NCBI GenBank assembly: GCA_013791855.1
Contig: VMTA01000018.1
Span: 117,659-181,658, forward strand
Reading direction: 5' to 3'
Source of the DNA: Sideroxydans sp.
GTDB lineage: Bacteria > Pseudomonadota > Gammaproteobacteria > Burkholderiales > Gallionellaceae
DNA: 64,000 bases
The notes under the pieces are model-generated. The model was given only the letters and a program-made list of their open reading frames with translations. It was not told the origin of the DNA and did no database searches. Below, one piece after another: positions 57,449 through 64,000 of this stretch (its first letter is position 1; the number at the start of each line of letters is the position of its first letter). Position numbers and translations under genes: made by a program.

Positions 57449-59148
57449 TTGTTCTTTCCATCAATACACAAAACCGTATCGTTGACGGCGTTGTAGCTTG
57501 CATCAGAAATACGATAGGTTTCATAGCTGGTTGTGGTGGGGATAGCGGCTTTCCCGGTTGCGTTAGCACCTTCCAGAAAATCCGAAACGCTGTCGATTGT
57601 GCTACGGTTCTGCCCGGACATTAACTTGGCGGCGACCCCCACCACTGCATGGTAACTGCCGGAGCCACCGTTGGTGTGCCCCGAACCCGTGACAGTCAAA
57701 CAGGTTGAGCCCGTCGTGCAGCTGCCTGCGCCGCCTGGCTGGTACCCATCCGCAATCTGTATAAATACCCAGTCCCGCCATGCTGACCATGATGGCGAAC
57801 TGATGAATTGGCAGGAAGGAATGCTGCTCCAGCTAGCGGACATGGTGCTGTCGGTGCTGCCGCCGCTACCTGTGCAGTCGGTGATCTCGGTAAAGGCTGC
57901 GTTCAGATAGGTTTGAATTGTCGAGGTGTTGCATGCATCGCCGCTATCGCAATTGTTATCCACGTACCAGCCTGCATAACGAATCGAATCACCAATGATT
58001 AGGCTGTAAGGAGGGTCTTTTGCAAGATCCCACAGATTGTCTCCCTTATTTTCTAAGTTGCTTTTATTAGTGGGAGTGGGATCGCTTACGTATGTATCCA
58101 GTGCATCCTGCACCTGTTGGATGTAGTCATTGAGTGTGGATATCTGCGCAGCTGTCAGGTGGCTAAGCGGACTGGACGTGCTCGAACAGGCACCACTACC
58201 ACCTGCTGTGCTGATGTTCGGGACGTCAGGGAATCTTCCAAACCTGACATTCTGCGTGCCTGTTCTGGTCGGTGAGGCTGTTGCGTCACTGAGTTGTACG
58301 GCCCATGGGTATTTGTGATCGGTATTCTGAACGAGAACGCCGGCCGCATAATCGTCCAGACATTTTTTCGCCTGACGCGCGATGCGTTTCTGTACACCGT
58401 TCCAGATGTCCTGACGCGTGATGAAGACAATCTGGTCGTTGGTGGAGACTGTGCTGGAATCTTCATGCGGTAGGATGAATTTCCCCTGCAAAATATTCGA
58501 GTTGTTAATGCCATGGACTGTATCGTTGTCCAGATAGGCGGCGGCAGTGTAGTTGCCGCCACAGGTTGGCGCAGAACTGCCGGCGCGGTCAGAATTGCTG
58601 CTGAGCGGGGCGCCAGGGGCAATTACGGCCGCTACGATCTCGTCGGAGCTGCTGATCGGATTGCCATTGCTGTCGTAATCCTGCAAATGTCCCAGAGTGT
58701 CCCAGTTGATCGTGGAAGAAGATTGCGTGTTCTTGTATTTTCCCGAGACTGCATACCACAGGCACTCTCCGGCTCCATCAAACAAAGGCGGGAGATCAAG
58801 CGTGCGCCATGGCAATCTGCCTAGTACATCAACATCCGTAGAGCCGCAGCTCTCGGATGAACCTTCTGTATTTGCGCCCGCTGAACCATCGCTGTCCGGG
58901 CAAGGCAGGAAACCATGTGATTTTGCTGGGTTGGTGTCACCATAAGTGACTGCATATCCCACCAGAGCTTCTTTTGCCCTTGCCAAGGCTTCTGCGCTGG
59001 AGTGGTTGCGTCGGTTCTGAAGGGCGGTGCCGCTCAGTGAGGTGACGAACACGGTCGTGATGCCCATCACCAGAATAACCAGCATGACCAGCAGAGCGCC
59101 GCCATGTTGATTGTTGCCGACAGGGATCGGTGGACGAAAGGATGCCAT
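57439..59148 (-). CDS. Large PilX-like pilus-associated protein / putative tip adhesin
   Basis: QHG/GALLVMLVILV atypical prepilin start, LPCPD, GRLPWRTL.L...D..GECLWYAVS, many Cys pairs; start MASF at 59148. Confidence 0.75.
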   Translation of the reverse strand: MASFRPPIPVGNNQHGGALLVMLVILVMGITTVFVTSLSGTALQNRRNHSSAEALARAKEALVGYAVTYGDTNPAKSHGFLPCPDSDGSAGANTEGSSESCGSTDVDVLGRLPWRTLDLPPLFDGAGECLWYAVSGKYKNTQSSSTINWDTLGHLQDYDSNGNPISSSDEIVAAVIAPGAPLSSNSDRAGSSAPTCGGNYTAAAYLDNDTVHGINNSNILQGKFILPHEDSSTVSTNDQIVFITRQDIWNGVQKRIARQAKKCLDDYAAGVLVQNTDHKYPWAVQLSDATASPTRTGTQNVRFGRFPDVPNISTAGGSGACSSTSSPLSHLTAAQISTLNDYIQQVQDALDTYVSDPTPTNKSNLENKGDNLWDLAKDPPYSLIIGDSIRYAGWYVDNNCDSGDACNTSTIQTYLNAAFTEITDCTGSGGSTDSTMSASWSSIPSCQFISSPSWSAWRDWVFIQIADGYQPGGAGSCTTGSTCLTVTGSGHTNGGSGSYHAVVGVAAKLMSGQNRSTIDSVSDFLEGANATGKAAIPTTTSYETYRISDASYNAVNDTVLCIDGKNNCP

Positions 59149-59159
59149 ATTGCGCACCT

Positions 59160-59513
59160 TCACTCTTTGGGTGCGGCCTCGGGTGAGTCCAGCATCAGCC
59201 GCTGTCCGACCTTTACCTTCACCGATTCGGTCTTGCCCGGAAGGATCACCGGTACGCTGGCTGGCGTGCGGGCATCGGCAGGGCTGGCAGGTTGCTGTTC
59301 GCCGTTGATCCATATGATGCGCTTCCCGCCGTCGCGTTGGATCACGCCGTTGACGATGAGAGAGTGGCTGTCGTTGCCGGGTTCGTCGGCACTGAGCACA
59401 TGCTGTCGTTCCAGTTGCGCACGTTCATTCTGGGTAAAGAACAAACGACCCAACTCGGCCGCTTGCGCGGTCGTGGTGAGCGTTATCAGAGCGATGGCTA
59501 ACTGGATTCTCAT
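59160..59513 (-). CDS. Small exported PilP-like pilus assembly protein
   Basis: Signal peptide, LGRLFFT..ER..L, VNGVIQRDGG..IIWING; ATGA coupling. Confidence 0.7.
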   Translation of the reverse strand: MRIQLAIALITLTTTAQAAELGRLFFTQNERAQLERQHVLSADEPGNDSHSLIVNGVIQRDGGKRIIWINGEQQPASPADARTPASVPVILPGKTESVKVKVGQRLMLDSPEAAPKE

Positions 59514-60109
59514 GGCGCGTTCCGGTTCTTCATGGTGAACCAGCCTCCTGTGCATGCTGCTTTCAGCATCACGCCCGCGGTTTGTGTGCTGTCGACACGG
59601 GAGAGGGCGCACTTGTCGAGCAGGAACCAACCGGGCATCTGGCGACTCAGCGCTTCAAAGAAGCTCAGGAGCTGGCCTTCATGCAGCAGGTCAAGTTCCA
59701 TGGACATGGGGCTGATGCTGAGCGCGAAGTTGCCTGCGTTCAGCGGTGGGTTGGGGGTGTACGCACTTTGCGGGGCGATCGAATATTTGAAGTCGGGCGT
59801 CAGGTTCTGTCGGCGCAACTTTTCCAGGCCTTCGATCCAGTCCAGACGCTGTTCGCTGCCTATGACTTTTTGCGTGACCAATGCGTCATATTCCATCTGG
59901 TATGAGGCCATGTTCTCCTGATCGCTCTGTGCGGTGAGGAGTTGGTCGCGCGCTGTGTTGAGTTGGCGCTGCGCCTGCTGAAGATCTTTAAGGGATCGCT
60001 GCTGGATGGTGGCGCTGTAATTGATCAGTCCCACTGCAATGCCGGCACTGAGCAGGCACGTCAGCAAACTCCATTTGATCTCGCCGAGGTCGTCTGTCGA
60101 GAAGCTCAT
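59510..60109 (-). CDS. PilO/GspM-like inner-membrane assembly protein
   Basis: TM, coiled coil, E.RLDWIE, LLHEGQLL..F, C...W; position. Confidence 0.7.
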   Translation of the reverse strand: MSFSTDDLGEIKWSLLTCLLSAGIAVGLINYSATIQQRSLKDLQQAQRQLNTARDQLLTAQSDQENMASYQMEYDALVTQKVIGSEQRLDWIEGLEKLRRQNLTPDFKYSIAPQSAYTPNPPLNAGNFALSISPMSMELDLLHEGQLLSFFEALSRQMPGWFLLDKCALSRVDSTQTAGVMLKAACTGGWFTMKNRNAP

Positions 60110-61581
60110 GACGGTGCCCTCCATATGATCTTGAGTGTGAACTGCCCTTGCGATGCTTCTGCGCTTTGACCGCTGATGCTGCCTTTCGAGGTGATGTCCA
60201 GCGGTAGTGCGGTGGCGCTGACGGCATAGCCGCGCTGGATCAGGGCTTGTTCAAACTGTTCGAGATAAGCCAGCGCGCCACGGTGGTCTCTGCCGAATCC
60301 GCTCAGGGTGCCGTCGAAGGTGATGACTTGGGCGGGGTATGGCGAAGGGGCCGCATCTTCCGGGCTGGCTTTCCATGAGAGCTCGTTCAGGGTAACGCGC
60401 GGGAAGGATTCGAGCACTGCGCTCAGCTCATAGATGATCTCTTGAGGCGGGTGCGAATACTGGTTCAGGCTGCGTGCCAACAGCACCGCTGTCTTCATGT
60501 CGGCAGCTGGCACGGAGGTGTTGGCGAAGTTGTGTTGAATACCTTGCGCCTGCGTTTGCAGGCGTGCTGTTTGCTGCTTCAGCGGGGCCGTCTCCGAGGA
60601 GAACTGCTCGCTTTGCCAGAAGGCCATGCCGCTCCACAGCAGGCCAAGCAGCAGGATGACGATAGCCAATCCGAACAGGACGAAACGCAATTGCCACAAC
60701 ATGAAGAAGTGGGTGTGCTGCGAACCGGCGTAGTGTGCGCGGGGCGGTTTGGTGGCGAGCAGGTTGAGGAACAGCGGCGTGCTGTCCGAATCTTCAAGTG
60801 CCTGTTTGCACTTGTGGTGGCGTGCGAATTCGGTGATGTCCAGATAGTTATAATGCAGGTCGCCATTGCTGGAGAGCTGGGTGCTCAGCTGCGCGATCTC
60901 GTTCGCGTGGCACAGGATATAGACTTCCAGCACTTCTCCGGGCGGTGGCAGTGAAAGGCTCTTCAGATATTGCTGCGTGCGCGGTGTCTCGGAGATGGCC
61001 GCATCTATCAGCGTACCGCTCTCGTTGATCGGGATCAGGCGGGAGAAATGCAGCCGCTTGTTGTGGAAATAGGTCTGGCGCAAGCCGGCGTTGCGCTCCC
61101 AAGTCAACAGCAGGATGTGCTCGGATTGGATGTCTTTGAGCAGCGGTGCGCTGATGTTGGGGATGGAGTAGATGCCCGCCAGCGGCACATGGTTCTCCAG
61201 CAATGCATCCAGCCAGGGCGTGATGCGCTGCGGATTGGTCAGGGCCGAGAACAGATACTCGTCATCGCGCCGACCTTCCTCCTGCCGCTTGAGCAGGGTC
61301 GCCTGACGGAAAGGGGTGCTGCGGTAGTACTGCTCGAACTTGCGGCCGATGAGCGCTTTGCGGTTGGGGCCGATCAGATGCGGGATGGTCTCTAGGTGAA
61401 AGTCTTCCTCGATGATGTCGACCAGCAGATAGGTCGGGTTGCGATGCTGTTCGACGAAGGCGGAGAACTGTTCGCGACCGTCCGCATCATTGCTGAACTC
61501 ATGCGCGAAGCTCAGGCCGTTGCCGTTCCAGAGGTAGGCTTGGAAGTTTTCTGCGCTAAGGAATAACAGGGTGCGTGCCAT
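60106..61581 (-). CDS. PilM/PilN (GspL-like) fused assembly protein
   Basis: Cytoplasmic actin-like region, single TM, periplasmic ferredoxin-like tail; position after pilC/gspF. Confidence 0.7.
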   Translation of the reverse strand: MARTLLFLSAENFQAYLWNGNGLSFAHEFSNDADGREQFSAFVEQHRNPTYLLVDIIEEDFHLETIPHLIGPNRKALIGRKFEQYYRSTPFRQATLLKRQEEGRRDDEYLFSALTNPQRITPWLDALLENHVPLAGIYSIPNISAPLLKDIQSEHILLLTWERNAGLRQTYFHNKRLHFSRLIPINESGTLIDAAISETPRTQQYLKSLSLPPPGEVLEVYILCHANEIAQLSTQLSSNGDLHYNYLDITEFARHHKCKQALEDSDSTPLFLNLLATKPPRAHYAGSQHTHFFMLWQLRFVLFGLAIVILLLGLLWSGMAFWQSEQFSSETAPLKQQTARLQTQAQGIQHNFANTSVPAADMKTAVLLARSLNQYSHPPQEIIYELSAVLESFPRVTLNELSWKASPEDAAPSPYPAQVITFDGTLSGFGRDHRGALAYLEQFEQALIQRGYAVSATALPLDITSKGSISGQSAEASQGQFTLKIIWRAPS

Positions 61582-61583
61582 AG

Positions 61584-62786
61584 TCAGAGCTGTACTTTGC
61601 CGATGAGGTCGTAGATGGGCGAGAGGACGGATAGCATCACCCAGCCGAGTAGTGCGCCAAGGATCAGTGTCATGGCTGGTTCGATCATGACCTGCACCTT
61701 TTTGATCGCATCCTTCACGTCGCGATCATAAAAATAACTGACGTTGAGCAGTGCCTGGTCGAGCTGGCCGGTAGCCTCGCCGACCTTCAGCATGCGCACG
61801 ACCAGAGGCGGGAAGATGCCCGTCTTCTGGAAGCTCTGTGTCAGATTCTTGCCGGCTTCGATCTCGCTCATGACATTCTGCAGGCTCTGCGCGATGACCT
61901 GATTGTCCACCAGATCGCGCGAATTGGCGATGCAGTCCAGGATGGTGATGCCGGAACTGTACATCATGGCGAAGGTGTTGGCGAAGCGGGCCAGAATGAT
62001 CTTGCGCAGGATAGGGCCGGTGGGCCATATGTTCAGCTTGAGGTTGTCCACGTGGTATTGCAGCTTGGGATTGACCATCAGTGCCAGTTTGAAGCTGCCG
62101 AACAAGACGAACGGGGTGAGCAGGATCACATACCAATAGTTCACGAAGATATCGGATGTGGCCAGCAGGATGCGCGTCTGGATGGGGATCTCCTGCCCCA
62201 TGCCCTTGATGAATCCCACCAGTTGCGGCACCAGATAGATCATCAGGAAAAAGGTGATGGCCAGCACGATGGTGCCGACGAAGGCCGGGTAGATCATCAT
62301 GGTCTTGGTCTGCGAAGCCATCTCGTCCTGCCACTTCAGCGATTCCATGAGGTGCTTGAACACATCCACCAGTCTGCCGCTGTCCTCGCCGGCCTTGGTC
62401 AGGTTGGAGGTGATCTTGTCGAACGCATTGGGATGCTCTGCCATCGCCTGCGATAACTTCTTTCCGCTCTCGATGGATTCCACCATGCTGGCGATGATCT
62501 CGCGGAAGGAAGGTTCTTCCATGGTGTCGCGCAGATCGGCCAGACATTCCAGCAGTGGTACGCCGGCGCGCGAAAGTTGCTCAAGATTGAAAAAGAATGT
62601 GATGAGGTCGACGCGTTTGACTCTGGTTGAGCCGAAGGAGGCGGCATGGTCTTCTTCTTTTGCGCTGATCAGATCCAGACCACCGCGCTTGAGGCGCATC
62701 TCAAGGTCGATCAGATTGGCGGCGTCCTGCAGTCCTTTGGCGCTCTTGCCGTCGCTGTCGATCGCCTTGTAGAGATAGAGGGCCAT
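61584..62786 (-). CDS. T2SS/T4P platform protein (GspF/PilC family)
   Basis: AGVPLLECL, GE.SG.L, YPAFV, MLKVGEATGQLD, IEP. Confidence 0.93.
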   Translation of the reverse strand: MALYLYKAIDSDGKSAKGLQDAANLIDLEMRLKRGGLDLISAKEEDHAASFGSTRVKRVDLITFFFNLEQLSRAGVPLLECLADLRDTMEEPSFREIIASMVESIESGKKLSQAMAEHPNAFDKITSNLTKAGEDSGRLVDVFKHLMESLKWQDEMASQTKTMMIYPAFVGTIVLAITFFLMIYLVPQLVGFIKGMGQEIPIQTRILLATSDIFVNYWYVILLTPFVLFGSFKLALMVNPKLQYHVDNLKLNIWPTGPILRKIILARFANTFAMMYSSGITILDCIANSRDLVDNQVIAQSLQNVMSEIEAGKNLTQSFQKTGIFPPLVVRMLKVGEATGQLDQALLNVSYFYDRDVKDAIKKVQVMIEPAMTLILGALLGWVMLSVLSPIYDLIGKVQL

Positions 62787-62792
62787 GTGATG

Positions 62793-64000
62793 CTAGCGCC
62801 GATCCGTGAGGTCGACCACGCGTGAGACTTCAGACACTGAAGTGACGCCTTGCAGGATACGTCTTATGCCATCTTGTGCGAGCGGACGGAAACCGGCGTC
62901 CAACGCGGCATGCTTGATGTCACGGATGCTGGCACGCCGCGCGACCAGATCGTCCATCTCGGAGTCCATCTTGAGTATCTCCATGATGGCCTGTCGTCCG
63001 CTGTAGCCTTGGTGGCGGCAGATATCGCAACCGGCCGCGCGGTAGAGCGTGACTTCCTCGTTGTGGTGCAGGCCGAGCAGTTTGCGTTCAGCCAAGTCAG
63101 GCTGATACGGATATTTGCAATGGCGGCACAGGATACGGATCAGTCGCTGTGCCACGATACCGATGATGTTGCCGGCCAGGATGTCGGGCAGGATGCCGAT
63201 GTCCAGCAAGCGCGGTATCGCACCCACGGCGGAGTTGGTGTGCAGGGTCGAATACACCTGGTGGCCGGTCATCGCGGCGCGGAACGCCATCTCGGCGGTC
63301 GGATGGTCACGCACCTCACCGACCAGGATGATGTCCGGGTCCTGGCGCATCAGGGAGCGGATGCCGCTTACGAAATCGAGTTTGGCTGCTTCGTTCACCG
63401 AGCTTTGGCGGATCAGCGGGATCGGATATTCCACCGGATCTTCCAAAGTCATGATGTTCACCGATTCGGTGTTCACATGATTGAGGATGGAATAGAGCGT
63501 GGTGGTTTTGCCGGAGCCGGTCGGGCCGGTGACCAGCACGATGCCTTCCGGTTTGGAGATGATGGAAAGCAGTGTAGAAAGCGCGGTGTCGTCCAGCCCG
63601 AGCTGGTTGATCGGCACGATGCCTTTCTGGCGGTCCAGAATGCGCAGCACCAGATTCTCGCCATACTGGGTGGGGTGCGAAGCGACACGGAAATCAATGG
63701 GGCGGCCGGACAGTCGCAGCGAGATGCGTCCGTCCTGCGGCGCGCGTGTCTCGGCGATATTCATGCCGCTCATCACCTTCAGGCGCACCACCATGGCCGG
63801 CCAGAAGCTCTTGTGCAGACTGCGTACCTGACGCAGCACGCCATCCACGCGATAGCGGATGCGCAGGAAGCTGTTCTCGGGCTCGAAGTGGATGTCGGAA
63901 GCATTCTGTTGCACGGCTTCGGTTAGCAGCGCGTCGATCAGACGCACCACCGGCTGGCTGAATTCGTTGACACCTTGCTGCAGGCCCTGGTGTTCCAGTT
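62793..64000 (-). CDS. T2SS/T4P assembly ATPase (GspE/PilB family), 5' part beyond the window
   Basis: ASDIHFEP, GPTGSGKTTTLY, EDPVEY, RQDPDIILVGEVRD, GHQVYSTLHTN, tetracysteine motif; frame open to the window edge. Confidence 0.95.
   Translation of the reverse strand, partial: LEHQGLQQGVNEFSQPVVRLIDALLTEAVQQNASDIHFEPENSFLRIRYRVDGVLRQVRSLHKSFWPAMVVRLKVMSGMNIAETRAPQDGRISLRLSGRPIDFRVASHPTQYGENLVLRILDRQKGIVPINQLGLDDTALSTLLSIISKPEGIVLVTGPTGSGKTTTLYSILNHVNTESVNIMTLEDPVEYPIPLIRQSSVNEAAKLDFVSGIRSLMRQDPDIILVGEVRDHPTAEMAFRAAMTGHQVYSTLHTNSAVGAIPRLLDIGILPDILAGNIIGIVAQRLIRILCRHCKYPYQPDLAERKLLGLHHNEEVTLYRAAGCDICRHQGYSGRQAIMEILKMDSEMDDLVARRASIRDIKHAALDAGFRPLAQDGIRRILQGVTSVSEVSRVVDLTDRR

Noticed and set aside
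1-64000. CRISPR arrays, rRNA, tRNA, known riboswitches
   Set aside because: None recognised by eye in the intergenic regions; a covariance-model scan would be needed to exclude them formally

Overview
Chromosomal window (about 60% GC by eye) from a betaproteobacterium. A cytochrome-porin Cyc2 gene and the gene order point to a Gallionellaceae (Sideroxydans-like) iron oxidizer; this assignment is inference. The backbone is housekeeping: hemA-prfA-prmC, argH, fimS/algZ-algR, ppc, hemCDXY, ubiX, rapZ-hprK-ptsN-hpf-rpoN-lptBAC-kdsCD, lpxH-ppiB, glnS-cysS. Accessory modules in order: (1) a J-domain operon resembling Shewanella atcJABC, followed by yecA; (2) an EAL-CBS-GGDEF gene, a 44-aa microprotein and olsA-olsB-like genes, with two PhoB-box-like promoters; (3) a CHASE2 adenylate cyclase with a 1249-aa NHL/FN3/transglutaminase-like/TPR protein and a small secreted partner; (4) a candidate anti-SD sRNA between prmC and argH; (5) a ParA-like ATPase followed by two chemoreceptor-sensor-only membrane proteins; (6) a NusG-II/Gx-transporter (EetAB-like) pair upstream of ubiX; (7) two pilin paralogs, each with a sigma54 promoter, an orphan kinase and cyc2 with a perfect 18-bp operator; (8) hicBA, a REP-like element, a dual-start cyclophilin and a Csd6/Pgp2-like L,D-peptidase with a TPR-NTF2 partner; (9) a T2SS/T4P-like assembly cluster running off the right edge. 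I saw no rRNA, tRNA, CRISPR array, transposase or integrase. All assignments come from reading motifs by eye; no database search was run.
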